64,000 nt of DNA, from the NCBI RefSeq assembly GCF_006345805.1, contig NC_043006.1:52638001-52702000 (forward strand), given 5' to 3'. The DNA is from Octopus sinensis (lineage: Eukaryota). The position numbers and the translations under genes were made by a program. The notes under the pieces were generated by a model, which saw nothing but the letters and a program-made list of their open reading frames with translations, was not told the origin of the DNA and did not search any database. This document shows, in pieces, positions 1-12,407 of this stretch (position 1 is the first letter of the stretch; each line of letters begins with the position of its first letter).

Positions 1-530
1 AAATTCGTGTGGGATGGAAGATATAACTTCTCGTATTCGCCCTTCAAGTTCTTCCAAAATCATTGGTTTGGTAGAGTAGACTTTTTGGCCAACCCTACCA
101 AAAAAACGCAGTGTGTTAAATCAGGGCCTCTTGCCGGTCAATCATGCGGGCCTCGATGACCCATTCATCTCCCAGGGAAGTGGACGTTCAGCCATTCACA
201 AAATACCAATAGCAAAATGTGGATGAGCGCCACCTTTCATAAAAATCAAATTTTCAATATTCTTTCAACGCCTGATAACTGGTCAGATTTCATCTTGCAA
301 TATGGTGAGGTACCTTTCAGTATTCGTGGTATTGCAAAGAATGAAAGGACACACAGTCCTGCCTGAAGTCATTCCACACCATACCGTTACCTTGGGCCGA
401 GTCTACATTTTTGCAGAGGTAATACGAGGATCTTCTCCTGCCCAGTAGTGGCAGTTGTGACGGTTCACAAACCCACTGATGTGGTATACAGCTTCATCAC
501 TCCAGAGGATATTTTTAAAGAGATCCCATA
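1..530 (-). mobile_element. Tc1/mariner-superfamily transposase remnant (catalytic domain, disabled)
   Basis: Minus-strand translation gives WSDEAVYHISGFVNRHNCHYW, PKVTVWCG, GGAHPHF, WPARGPDLT and KPMILEELEGRI across frameshifts and stops. These are typical DDE/D-domain motifs. Confidence 0.8.
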
Positions 531-586
531 AAAACATACACAACAAGTTTAAGAAAAAGATTATAGTTAATATTTTATTTATTTAT

Positions 587-888
587 GCGCCCTTTTCAAG
601 CCTAGCCTAGCTCATGGGCCCGGTTTCCCGGTTTCGATGGCGTATGTGTTCCCCCCAGCTGGACGGGACGCCAATCCATCGCAGCGTTACTCAAGAAACA
701 GGAAGAAGCAGTGAGAGAAAGCTGGGGCAAAAGAGTACAACAGGGGTCGTCACCACCCCTGCCAGAGCCTCGTGGAGCTTTAGGTGTTTTCGCTCAATAA
801 ACACACACAACGCCCAGTCTGGGAATCGAAACCGCGATCTTCTGACTGCGAGTCCGCTGCCCTAACCATTGGGCCACTGCGCCTCCAC
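587..888 (-). mobile_element. tRNA-derived SINE, family C (Arg-like head)
   Basis: Minus-strand head GGAGGCGCAGTGGCCCAATGGTTAG...GGTTTCGATTCC has A and B boxes and a TCG anticodon-like loop. Related copies lie at 13900-14130, 22968-23060, 23090-23320 and 34190-34400. Confidence 0.8.
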
Positions 889-944
889 TTATAAATTATA
901 AATAACTTAAAATAGGGCATTACTTTTCGATCACCCTATATATA

Positions 945-1090
945 TAGGCTTTTTTCAGTTTCTGCATCCACTCACAGGGCTTTTGTCGGCCGGAAGCTAC
1001 AGCGGAGGACATTTGCCCAATGTGTCACACAGTAGGAGCGAAACCGAAACCATATGGTTACGAAGCAAGCTTCTTACCACACAACCACAC
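945..1090 (-). mobile_element. SINE family B, 5' part
   Basis: Reverse complement matches the head of the copies at 2415-2760 and 25428-25822. Confidence 0.7.
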
Positions 1091-1379
1091 CTCCGCCAAC
1101 ATATAGAGATAATCTTAAAGCATAGTGTACACAACTTCCAACACATTTATATACAACTTACAAATTATGTATATACACATTAAAACACAAGCAGAAAGTT
1201 CCTAAAACGCATGTACATACTAAGATATATCGTAAAATGCTTAGACATCTTAGAAACCATACAAATCATATGAACACATGTATGAATATATCACAACATA
1301 AGTGGAAGTAGCTTCGACCCGTTTTATAGACGTCGTTGTACAGGTATGCAAATATATTAATACACACGCACATACATCT

Positions 1380-1790
1380 TTCCTTGTGTGTATGTATGTG
1401 TGTGTAAGCGAGAAAGAGAGAGTGTGTGTGAGTGAGCCTGTGTATGTGCGTGAGTGCATATGTGTGGGAGTATGGCGTGTGTGGACAAGCGTGTAAATAA
1501 ATTTGTATATGTATATGCATATCGACATATATATATTATGTATATATATGTATGTATATGTATATATACATATATGTATATATATATGTATATCTATATA
1601 TATATGTATGTATATATATATGTATGTATATATATACACACACATATATATATATATATGTATACATATACATATAAACATATCTAAACATATATATATA
1701 TATATACATATATGTAATATATGCAAATATATATACACGCATATATGTGTGTGTGAGTTTGTCTGTGTGTATGCGTGTGTGTTGGTGTGT
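1380..1790. repeat. Mixed (TA)n/(CA)n/(TG)n microsatellite
   Basis: Directly visible; source of the YI/CV-rich pseudo-ORFs. Confidence 0.95.
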
Positions 1791-1891
1791 GTAAGCCTTC
1801 TAAGAGTCCATAAAACATGGTGAAATGCACTCATATATCTATCAGTACAGTGGGTGTATTAATCGAAGTGTACTGTATCATATATCTATTG

Positions 1892-1986
1892 CGGCTGATC
1901 TTACCAATCGGTCTCGCACTAGGAGTTCAACAGAGTGTTAGGTTACAGTCCGATTATGTAACCCTGCGCTCAACAGAGATAGCCGT
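1892..1986 (-). ncRNA. Inverted hammerhead copy with core mutated (CTGTTGA, GAGA)
   Basis: Stem I CGGCTATCT/AGATCAGCCG pairs fully apart from one bulge, but two invariant core bases are substituted. Confidence 0.5.
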
Positions 1987-2293
1987 TACGGAATGAAGTA
2001 TGGCAACTGTTCTCTTTTGTTGGAAGTGCATAGACACATCCTGTTTGTGATTGTTGTGAAAAAGATGATGAAACGAATCTTAAAGACGCACACATATCCC
2101 ATGAACTCTTTCCCAGAAAACTCTTGCCGACCTGCACCAAAACAACCCACAGAGACGATGTTTTGGTATCAAGGGACATAATTCTTAATGCAATCTCCTA
2201 CTCGATTCATTTCATCTTCTTCGCAGCAACCGCAAACTGGATGTGCCTATGCACCGCCAACAGACGAGAACAGTCGCCATATTTTATTCAATA

Positions 2294-2389
2294 ACGGCTA
2301 CCTCTGATGAGTGCAGAGTTACATAATCAGACTGTTACCAAACATTCCGTTGAACCTCAGGTGCGAAACTGATAGGTAAGATCAACCGT
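2294..2389 (+). ncRNA. Type I hammerhead ribozyme with long stem II (partly decayed)
   Basis: CTGATGA 2304-2310; stem II GTGC/GTGC (with wobbles) closing a ~46-nt insert; GAAA 2365-2368; C-TGATAG-G stem III; GTA site 2376-2378; stem I ACGGCTACCT/AGATCAACCGT with mismatches. Confidence 0.6.
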
Positions 2390-2414
2390 AATGGATATAT
2401 ATATATATATATAT

Positions 2415-2760
2415 ATGGTTCCGTGTTCAGTCCCACTGCGTGGCACCTTGGGCAAGTATCTTCTACTTGTGAGTGGATTTGGTAGACGGAAACTGAAAGA
2501 AGCCCGTCGTATATATGTATATGTATATATGCGTGTGTGTATTTGTGTGTCTGTGTTTGTCCCCCTAGCATTGCTTGACAACCGATGATGGTGTGTTTAT
2601 GTCTCCGTTACTTAGCGGTTCGGCAAAAGAGACCGATAGAGTAAGTACTGGGCTTACAATAAAGAATAAGTACCGGGGTCGAGTTGCTCGATTAAAGGCG
2701 GTGCTCCAGCATGGCCGCAGTCAAATGACTGAAACAAGTAAGTGAGTAAAAAGAGTAAGA
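2415..2760 (+). mobile_element. SINE family B (5'-truncated)
   Basis: GGTTCAGTCCCACTGCGTGGCACC-type head remnant, internal (TA/TG) tract, and tail GGCGGTGCTCCAGCATGGCCGCAGTC...GAAACAAGTA with AAGAGTA repeats. Confidence 0.85.
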
Positions 2761-2963
2761 GTAATAATATAATATATATATATATATATATATACATACA
2801 TACATGCATGCATACAATACAGACGACGGACAGACAGACACACACATACTATATATATATAATAGATATCTATATAATATATATATTAGTACCGGGAGTA
2901 AAACACATAAATGTGAAACAAGGTGAAAAAAGAGTACTCAAATACCAGTGGTAGAGTAATATG

Positions 2964-3133
2964 CTTTATTTTAAGCAGCAGAAAATTCAACAAAATCTTT
3001 ACTCTGAGTTTCTCGTTGCCGTTCATCAGACAGTTTTGCTAGAAAAAAAATTCTAGCAAAAACTGTCTGATGAACGGCAACGAGAAACTCAGAGTAACAG
3101 ATTTTGTTGAATTTTCTGCTGCTTAAAATAAAG
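2964..3133. repeat. Near-perfect ~170-bp palindrome made of two hammerhead-bearing Penelope-type terminal repeat pieces
   Basis: Arms 2964-3043 and 3051-3133 are reverse complements apart from small indels. On the minus strand the left arm continues past AATAAA into 2890-2963. Confidence 0.85.
3059..3105 (+). ncRNA. Minimal type I hammerhead ribozyme
   Basis: Stem I AAAACTGT/ACAG-A-TTTT; CTGATGA 3067-3073; stem II CG-GCAA-CG (GNRA loop, A.A at the first pair); GAAA 3084-3087; near-palindromic CTCAGAG stem III; GTA site 3094-3096. Confidence 0.65.
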
Positions 3134-3237
3134 TATATATACATATATATATATCTAATATATATATACATACATACATACATACATATATACAAACATA
3201 CATACATACATACATACATACATACATGTGAACACAC

Positions 3238-3560
3238 GTATAATGCAGACGGGTTAGCGAAGATGTGCGAAGTGAAGAATTCGGATTAGAGTCGTCTGAA
3301 GGCTCGAAGAATGGTGCGTTGATGGACAGGATGGAGGGTTGGTAGATAAGGGGGAACAGGAGTTGGGAAATGGCAGGGCGGTTGCAGGGAGAGAGAGCAG
3401 AAGCACGGTCCGTGGAACGTGCTCGGGCAAGGGCTGTGTGGATAGTGGTGAGGGGATATCCACGTAGGATGAAGTGGTGAACCATGGGTTGAGACCGAGT
3501 ATGAAAGCTATGGTTGTCACTGCAGAGCATGTGCAGACAGAGGTATTGGGAGTGGGGGAT
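3238..3560 (-). mobile_element. Penelope-like element RT thumb-region fragment
   Basis: [48 protein letters not shown] matches the Penelope-like post-RT motif (SQFLRLRRICS...F...RGYP...I). Confidence 0.8.
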
Positions 3561-3674
3561 GTATATATATATATGTATATATATATATATAAAAATATAT
3601 ATATAGTGTGTGTGTGTGTTTATGTATTTATTATATGTATTTATATATATATGTATGAATATATATATACATGC

Positions 3675-3719
<45 letters not shown>

Positions 3720-3745
3720 TATATACACACATATATATATACAGA

Positions 3746-3782
<37 letters not shown>

Positions 3783-3859
3783 TTTCTTTGTTTGGCATGT
3801 CAACAACGAATCTCTCAAAAGTGCGCATCCTCTTTGAAAAGTAAAATCTAGTATTCACC

Positions 3860-4660
3860 CATTTTGTCACAGATATCTTCAACTTGTTTCTATTACAAAC
3901 TGAATAATAATCGTTTTCATATTCTTACTCAGTCTCTTGTTCCTAATAGATACTCTCTGCTTTTTAACGGCCTCAACATACCGCCCCCTATTCAAAACAC
4001 AGCCACGTTCTATAAACTCAAAAGGAATGACACCCTTATCATTCCTCCACCAGAAAAAAGCAGCTGCCATAACTTACTGTGCCGGCCACTGGCTCTTGGA
4101 TTTTTTTGGCTTTGGAGAAGAGGTGTGACGCAATTCCATAAACTGAGCTATCGTTGCCAAATCCTAATATCCAGCCCCGTTTCATTTCATATCACCTGAT
4201 AGGGAAAATCTCTACGTTGGCTTCAAGACCTTCCATAAAATCAGGACAGACTTCCATAATTCCCTTCCTCAAATCGAGTGTCATGTGCCGAGGTATTCAC
4301 ATTTCACAAATTTTACGATACCCAAAGTCATCTACTTTCTGTAATGCATTGCGACCATAGTCCAGTTGGGCAACAAGCTCATTGATTATGACGCGTCTCT
4401 CCGTGCATATCAATTCACCATTTGCTAGTCATTCATGCTGGTGGTTGCAATTGATAGTCTCCCTCTGCATGGTCTGTCTTCAATGCTGATTTCTCCTTCA
4501 AAAATCTCGTCCCTCTTGAGCACATTACTCTTGTCGATAGTGTCATATTGTTAAGAACCTGTAGCATTCGTTGGAAGTTAGAGCGTTTGCACTCTTCCAT
4601 AGTAAAGAACTCAATGACGACCCGTTGCTTCTGCTTATTTGTCATTATTTTTCTACAGTG
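3860..4660 (-). mobile_element. mariner transposase remnant
   Basis: KQKQRVVIEFF (N-terminal HTH start), LGYRKICEMWIPRHMT and AAFFWWRNDKGVIPFEFIERG motifs, with frameshifts. Confidence 0.8.
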
Positions 4661-4847
4661 AAGAACAGAAAAACCAATTACTATAGAGGAAGAGCTACTC
4701 TACCAACATGTGCAATTTAAACGACCTATGTCAGTTGATAAAAAGTTATACTCACTTTTATACTACTTTTACATTACCCTAGAGTGCATGTGTGTGTGTA
4801 TGTGCGTGTATGTGCTGTGTGTGTCTGTATAGTAAACACACACGCAC

Positions 4848-4914
<67 letters not shown>

Positions 4915-6195
4915 TATACACCTGCACATAAACGCACAAACATGTTTACTGACATACCTTAGTCCATGCTGATTTCATGAGCGCAAGAGAAGTATGTTTG
5001 ACAACACATTAAATAAATACAGAGAATAGTGCAAACATGTACAATATCTGTATAACTGACAAAAGTAGTGCAAAATATTCACACTTTGACACTAATTTTA
5101 GCTATTTCACTAATTAGTAATTACGATCACGTCTTCTAGAATAAATATTATTCACAACTGGATTGAACAAGGTAAAACTCGCAATACTCTGCAAAGATTA
5201 ATAGATAAACTAGTTATAATTGCTTCAGTTTCGAATTTTTTAAGAAGCATTTGAAATGATGAAACTTATGTTAACAATCAAGTTAGATTATGGTAGTTTT
5301 GACCAGTTTAAAACAGATTGTTGGCGTAGCTTTTCAAAATTGAAGTTAGTGTTACGAGTCCTTTCTATTTTCTTTTAGTTTATGACAGAAGAGTAAGCCA
5401 ATGATTTTATATGCTTTCCGGGCCTCGGAGACGGATAGAAGAAAAAGAAGTTATTATCAAACCGGAGACCTGGCCTGAATGCTTGCAACAGAGTGATCTC
5501 CGCTAAAAGTACCTGAAGTCTAGGTGTTGCGTTTAAACTTAGTGAGGGATTAAATTTATATACCTATACTCGGAGTACAAAGAACCAGAGTAATCACCAC
5601 AATGCATACTCGTCCGACGTTCAAATAAATATTCGATAAAAATGCCATATGCTGGCAATTGATTTTATTGGGATCGAAAGATTGCAAGTTGACCTTTACA
5701 GGATATGAATCCAGAGAACAGCGACCCGGAATAAATAGTGTAAAGTATTTTGTCCAACTCTGTAAAGAGTCTGCTTATTCGTCGCTGTTATTATGGGTTG
5801 GAGCGTTGCAGATTATCTGCAATAGCATATTGCAAAGTATTCACAATAATCCATCTTGTGTCACGTTGACTTTTGAAGTTGATTACATTCCTGAAAAAAA
5901 GTGGCTTCCTTGTCTTTCTCTTGGCTTACGCCTCTCTGTTCTTAACTTGTCTGCAGTGTGTTTACCGAATAACAATACAAGAATGTTTGGCTTGGAAGCC
6001 GAAGTGGTTTTAATATGTATATATGTGGATAGAGTTTTAACGATATACGTAAATGCAGAAACCTTAACATAATCGTATCACTTTAATATTTTCAATAAGT
6101 TTATCAGTTTTATTTATATAACCTTTACAAGTAGAATGGTTAAATTCAAGAGGTCAGAGGTTATTTTTGCGAGTCTTTTGTTATATATTTCAGCA

Positions 6196-6307
6196 ATGGC
6201 TAGAAGATCGTTCTTTTCTCTCGTTTTCCTCTTGGTTCTGCTTCTATCCTTAAGTTACATAATCTTTAATAACAATAGGTTTACTATAGCAACCTTTACA
6301 AAGCAAC
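6196..6307 (+). CDS. Candidate first coding exon of a type II membrane or secreted protein: MARRSFFSLVFLLVLLLSLSYIIFNNNRFTIATFTKQ
   Basis: Acceptor tatttcag at 6193, ATG at 6196, short basic N-terminus plus hydrophobic stretch, donor gtaaga at 6308 (phase 1). Downstream exons were not established. Confidence 0.55.
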
Positions 6308-7679
6308 GTAAGAAACCTGTTCATCTAAAATAAAGAAAAAGAAAATTGCTTGTGTAAACGTTGGCTTCAGATCACGTATTATATCTATTTACAAATATTA
6401 ATATACTTAGAGCTATACATCTATGCATGTATGTCTTAAATTCTCGTTTATATTTCACTTGCCAACAAATGCATGTATTTATCTATCAATTTACTTTACT
6501 GTATTGGTCATATCAAATAAAGTTTGCAAATAAAGTTAATGTACACAAAAATGGAAGAGTTTGATTTGTTCTGGTGTCTGCCAACATCATGAAATGAAAT
6601 TAGATCAAAGATAAGAAATGGGAATATTTTACATCTGAACTGAAATTCTTTATTATTCCTATGCATTTTACACGTGATTTTTTTTCAAGAAAGGAATTGA
6701 GGCTCCATTAATAATTCAATTCATCTTTTGAAGCTTTGCACATTAAGCATTATATGCCGACAGTTGTATAATAAAAGGCCAATTGTTACCCGTTTTCATT
6801 TCCTGGATAGATGAAGCCATTCAATTCTAATTGTACTAATGCTTTCAGAAACTGCAGGGTTTCTCAAAGAAGGTAAATATGCTTGCTGTGGTTGGGAGTA
6901 GGAAAATTGTCAGGAGGGTAAGTAAACTGACATGTTTAATGAAAGTGAGACGATTTTCAACTTTTCAACTTTTACACATGTTCTACACATGATGAAGAAA
7001 GATGTATCACATAAATGCAAACCTTATTTTAAATTCTCGTTAATAAAGAGGCACAAGGGAGAGTAGAATTCTTTCCATGGCGTTGGGGGGGGGGTGCTGG
7101 CATTTGTTGGTTTAAGAACTGTCATAACGTTCTCTGAAATGATTATTTTATTCTAAGCTATAATTAACTCAAAATCAATAACTCACTTCTATATCTTGTC
7201 CTAAGTTCGAAGTAATACATTCTGTATATTATAAGTCACATATCGTTTGGGAACCTCCCTGTACACCATTATCCTTGACGTCACCCTTATTGCATTTTCT
7301 CAACAAAATACGTACAAAGTACCTCACTCAGGCCTTCATCGCTAGAACTTACAACTTTCTTCCTAATCTCTTGCAGATATTTGGCTACAGCAGTTCAAAC
7401 TAAATATTGCCTAACCATGAGTGCAGATATAGTTATGAGTTTAAAAATTCACTTCGCAAAGATTTGTTTTCAAGTTCTGCGCAATTTCACAGCACCTTGA
7501 AATTTTGCAGATGGAAACTTGTATGAAATCTAGCCAGAGAAAGCGGTTTTGTTCTTTAAAAAAAGGCTCTAGTAGAAGAGACTTGCCCAAGGTGCCACGC
7601 ACTGGGAATGAACACGGAACCGTGTGTTTGGTAAGTACACATATGTACATCTGTATACATATGAATATATATGTATATA

Positions 7680-7718
<39 letters not shown>

Positions 7719-7726
7719 TATATATG

Positions 7727-7806
<80 letters not shown>

Positions 7807-7863
7807 TTATATATTAGTGAATTGAAGAAATGGAGTTGAACGAAGATTGACCAGAAATCGTTT

Positions 7864-7956
7864 TATTGCATTCTACACGTGTTTCGAAAGGCACAATTTA
7901 CCAAATTCCGATTGAATAAGGAGACCATATTGTGTCTTTCTCTTCAGGAAGAAATA
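7864..7956 (-). ncRNA. Inverted copy of the 9027-9119 hammerhead
   Basis: Same core. Stem II reads CACAAT/ATTGTG (Watson-Crick where the other copy has a G.U pair). Confidence 0.7.
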
Positions 7957-8526
7957 GGAAATCCGTTGGAAAAAACAAAAACAGAACAGAGGCGGAGCAA
8001 AACAAATCGAACGAGGCTCCTAAGAGCCCATGGCCAAACTGTTTATCAATGTATGTTGAAAACTGGTGGTGGGTGCGTTGAAGGTTTTGACGGGTCAGGC
8101 AGCGGTCCTTTCGGTGCTTAGATGTTCTTTGTGACCGAGACTAATGTTCTGACTATTTAAAGAATATTTGGTGTATTATATGGGGCGAGGAAATCTACTT
8201 AGAAACATGTGTGTGTGTGTGCTGTTCTATGTGTTCGTATGTGCGTTTGATCACGTGGCCGTCAGTTGGTAAACAGCCCTACCCACTGGTCACTGCTGTA
8301 AAATCCGTCGGGTGGCAGAAAGAAATTTTTTATGTGTGCGTGTGTTCGTCTAAACCTGCCTTGTCAAAGAAACACCCCGTCGTCAAGACAAACCCCCATT
8401 CGTCTCCCAGGAGTAATTCCCCTTGCAATGGTTAATCATATTTCTCTTAAAGGTTATTCAGAATTTATTTCCAAGGGCTATTTTCATATAAGTAGTGTAA
8501 CCGGGTGCAGGTATTATTTATAAGTG

Positions 8527-8907
8527 TTATTTATAAGCAAGATAAGTATAACGCCGCCAGTGGGGGCATCGAAAAGCCGACTGTAAAAGTCCGTTTACCA
8601 TCCGGTCTCTGGCGAACAATATATGGAAGAGTTCGGAGACACAAAGGTTGCACTTCCTTCTGCCCCTGTCAAATGGGAGGGCCACCGACAAAATTGACCA
8701 TTCCAGGCTGTAGCTTGAGTTCGTATTCTTCAATCGCCATATTAGCTTGCTAAGTCCCGTGGTCTGGCATTTATTCACGTCTCTAAAAGTTGCGTAATGG
8801 TTGGAGATTCGTGAGGACAATCTTGAGGATGAGGCCCCAACATAAGAGTAGACATCTGAGTCCGTGTAAACCTTACATTGGTAGACGGCGTTTCTGATCT
8901 TGGAGTT
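8527..8907 (-). mobile_element. Penelope-type GIY-YIG endonuclease domain
   Basis: NAVYQCKV...YVGASSSRLSSRISNHYATF...LSKLIWRLK...EWSIL...KCNLCVSE...CPH is the Penelope/Poseidon-type GIY-YIG C-terminal pattern. Confidence 0.85.
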
Positions 8908-9026
8908 CACCGACCACCAGTTTTCAACATACATTGATAAACAGTTTGGCCATGGGCTCTTAGGAGCCTCGTTCGATTTGTTTTGCTCCGCCTCTGTTCT
9001 GTTTTTGTTTTTTCCAACGGATTTCC

Positions 9027-9119
9027 TATTTCTTCCTGAAGAGAAAGACGCAATATGGTCTCCTTATTCAATCGGAATTTGGTAAATTGTGCCTTTCGAA
9101 ACACGTGTAGAATGCAATA
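9027..9119 (+). ncRNA. Type I hammerhead ribozyme with extended stem II
   Basis: CTGAAGA 9036-9042; stem II GAAAG/CTTTC plus CGCAAT/ATTGTG; GAAA 9098-9101; palindromic CACGTG; GTA site 9107-9109; stem I TTC/GAA plus TATT/AATA. Confidence 0.7.
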
Positions 9120-9338
9120 AAACGATTTCTGTTCAATCTTCGTTCAACTCCATTTCTTTCAATTCACTAATAATATTAAAATCCTTTATCCGCACCAACG
9201 CACGGTGCAACACCATATGGTTGTACCTCCAACCGTGCTGTCTTCTGCTGTGATTTTTGCTACCAGGTATCGGTTAAACTTTTGATTAATCTGCAACAAG
9301 TTATTCATTTCTATCACTATATTTCTATATTCATATAT

Positions 9339-9428
<90 letters not shown>

Positions 9429-9469
9429 GTACATATATTTATATAAATATATACCAACAAGGGCAGATA

Positions 9470-11930
9470 ATATACTGGATCTCTGCTTCACACAACAATA
9501 TGGATATTATCCATAATGTTAATGTGATGCCGACAATGATCTCGGATCACAACATAATAGAGCTGTCTATGTATGGAACAAAAGCCCCCGCAGACACACA
9601 GCCTATACGAAGCACCCACCATCTCTCCAACTTAAACTTTCATAAAGCCAACTGGAAGTCGATTGAGAAAGAGATCCTCAAACAGGATTGGCCTGAATGT
9701 CTCTCCACACCGGACATAAACATGAAACACAAAACACTTCATGTCCATAATACAAGCCATATGTGACAAATATGTCCCAATGTGCAGGGCCAGCACACAC
9801 AAGAACAAAAACAGGATCCCTAGAAAGGAGGATTCTTATGAGACGACGGACAAGGATTGCAAACCGCCTGAGCAAGCACACCAAAAGTGGTGAGAAGTCT
9901 CGGCTCGAAAGAATGCTAATGGAAACTGAGAAAAGTCTACATCAGTCCCATGAAAAGGAGAGAGCAGATAAAGAAGCTTGGGTAATAGAAAATATAAAAT
10001 CAAACCCTAAAGCTTTCTTTAAGTTTGCCAAAGAGACAGCCACAGTGCACCAGAGAATAGGACCTCTCTTCCAAAAAGATGGCTCTCTCACAGGAAATCC
10101 CAAGAGGATAAGTGAAATACTGAACGAACAGTTCCAAAGTGTGTTCACTACACCTCTAGGACACAGGCAAGTAAACAACCCAGAAGAATTCTTTGCCACT
10201 TTACCAGCGGCCAAAGAGACAAAAATTGAGTACATCAACATCGAAGAAGATGATATCACACTAGCCATTGATGAGATTGACACAAACTCAGCTGCTGGAC
10301 CTGATGGATTCCCAGCGATCCTTCTCAAATCGTGCAAACGAGCCCTTGCAAAACCGCTACAGCTTCTTTTTCAGAGCTTTCTTGCAAGTGGTAAGCTCCC
10401 AGTCAAACTGAAAGAGGGGGTAATATGCCCTATCCATAAGGGAGGTAGCAGAGCAGATGCTAAAAATTATAGGCCTATCTCTCTGACCTCACACATCAGC
10501 AAAGTCATGGAACGAATAGTCCGTAAGAAACTAATCATGTTCCTTGAAGAAAATGACTTATGTCTGACACCCAGCATGGATCTCGACCAGGTAGAGGCTG
10601 CCTAACACAGCTCCTGCAACACTATGACTGGGTGTTGAAACAGTACTAAATGGCTCAAATGTGGATGTAATATATCTCGACTTTGCAAAAGCCTTTGATA
10701 AAGTCGACCATGGTATGATCTGTCACAAACTGCGTGGTCTCGGCATAGGCGGGAAACTTGGAGAGTGGCTGCACAACTTCCTAAAAGACAGAAAACAGGC
10801 AGTTGTGAGCATGGAGCCACCTCCAAGGAAACGCAAATAACAAGCGGTGTCCCCCACAGGGCACTGTCTTGAGGCCACTGATGTTCATAGTGGCCCTTTC
10901 AGACATGCCTTCAGTTGCTACGATGACCACCCTTGCTAGCTATGCAGATGACACAAAAGTCTCCCACGCAATACAAAACCCTGAAAATATTGCGCATCTG
11001 CAACATGAGCTGGACACAATATACAGGTGGGCTGAGGACAACAACATGCAGTTTAATGCAGGTAAGTTCCAGGCCCTGCGCTACTGGCACACAAAGGTAA
11101 ATGACGTGAGACTGGATACACTGGCCCAGGAAGAATTGCAATCCCTGAGTCAAAATCAGTGCGTGACCTGGGCATTGACATGAGCAATGATGCATCTTTC
11201 CAAATGCATATTGCTAATCTGGTGATAAAATGCAGACGGCTAGCTGGATGGATTCTCCGAACTTTCAGAACAAGAGTGAAGGAGACACTGATGGTCCTAT
11301 GGAAAACATTTGTCCTCAGCCGCTTGGACTACTGCCCCAACTTTGGTCACCACACAATATAAAAAAACACAGCAGAACTCGAAGCAACTCAGAGAAGCTA
11401 CACAAAGAAAATCGTCTCAATGCAAAATGTCAGCTACTGGAAAGACTGAAGGTATTAAACCTCTTCTCCCTGGAGCGGAGGCGGGAGAGATATGCAGTGA
11501 TATACATCTGGAAAATCCTGGAGGGTCTTGTCCCAAACTTTGGCATTCAAAGTTACTCCAACCGCAGAACGGGGCGCCGCTGCGTGGTGCCAGGATTCCA
11601 ACATCACCATCAAAATACAGGTCCAGATACTGCAACAGCTTGGGTTTCAGAGGACCACAGCTCTTTAACATCTCCCTAAATGCCTGAGAGACTTACATGG
11701 TGTGGATGTGGGTTTCTTTAAAACTAAACTGGATCTCTTCTTGTTGGGAGTCCCAGATGAACCTACCTCACGACAGGAGACACGGACGCGGGCAGCAGCA
11801 TCGAACTCCCTTGTTGATCAAGTGCCACGTATCAGAGGTGGATTCACAAACTAGTGTAGCTCATTCAGCGGTGGTGCCCCAGCATGGCCGCGGCCGCTTC
11901 GGGCTAAAACATTTTTAAGGATTTAAGGAT
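9470..11930 (+). mobile_element. 5'-truncated APE-RT LINE (CR1/L2-like), frameshifted
   Basis: SDHN endonuclease tail, SAAGPDG, NYRPISLT, DFAKAFDKVDH, YADDTK, FNAGKF and SLERRRERY motifs in successive frames; TTTAAGGA tail repeats; (TA)n on both sides. Confidence 0.9.
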
Positions 11931-11971
11931 TATATATATATATATATATATGCATAAATACATATATGTAC

Positions 11972-12036
<65 letters not shown>

Positions 12037-12084
12037 TTTATGTGTGTGCGTGTGTGTACACATATTTATTGTTTTATTTGTTTA

Positions 12085-12260
12085 CTTGTTTCAGTCATTT
12101 GACAGCGGCCATGCTGAAGTACCACCTTTAGTCGAGCAAATCGCCCCCAGACTTAATCATTGTAAGCCTAGTAGTTATTCCATTGGTACCTTTTGCCGAA
12201 TCGCTAAGTTACGGAGATGAAAACACACAAGCATCGGTTATCAAGCGATGTGGGGGACAC
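12085..12260 (-). mobile_element. SINE family B, 3' part
   Basis: Reverse complement of the family B tail. Confidence 0.7.
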
Positions 12261-12303
12261 TAACATAGACACACAAACATATACACACATACACATGCAT
12301 ACA

Positions 12304-12348
<45 letters not shown>

Positions 12349-12355
12349 TATATAT

Positions 12356-12407
<52 letters not shown>

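Larger units (their letters stand above)
1881..2400. mobile_element. Foldback element, ~200-bp diverged inverted arms (1881-2079, 2204-2400), each with a hammerhead motif
   Basis: The arms align by eye as reverse complements, mostly differing by transitions. The spacer is ~124 bp and the element is bounded by TA-rich sequence. Confidence 0.8.
7813..9171 (-). mobile_element. 5'-truncated Penelope-like element with inverted ~258-bp terminal repeats (7813-8070, 8913-9171)
   Basis: The arms are nearly identical reverse complements and each carries a hammerhead. A GIY-YIG ORF lies between them. Confidence 0.85.

Noticed and set aside
820-885. tRNA-like sequence with A and B boxes (also at 23250-23320 and 34190-34260)
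   Set aside because: SINE heads continuing into SINE bodies; no acceptor stem, so not tRNA genes.
5659-6072. 137-aa plus-strand ORF
   Set aside because: No recognisable motif, non-ATG start and no convincing splice flanks.
6848-6872. Possible ~24-nt phase-1 microexon
   Set aside because: AG/GT flanks of this quality arise by chance and there is no independent support.
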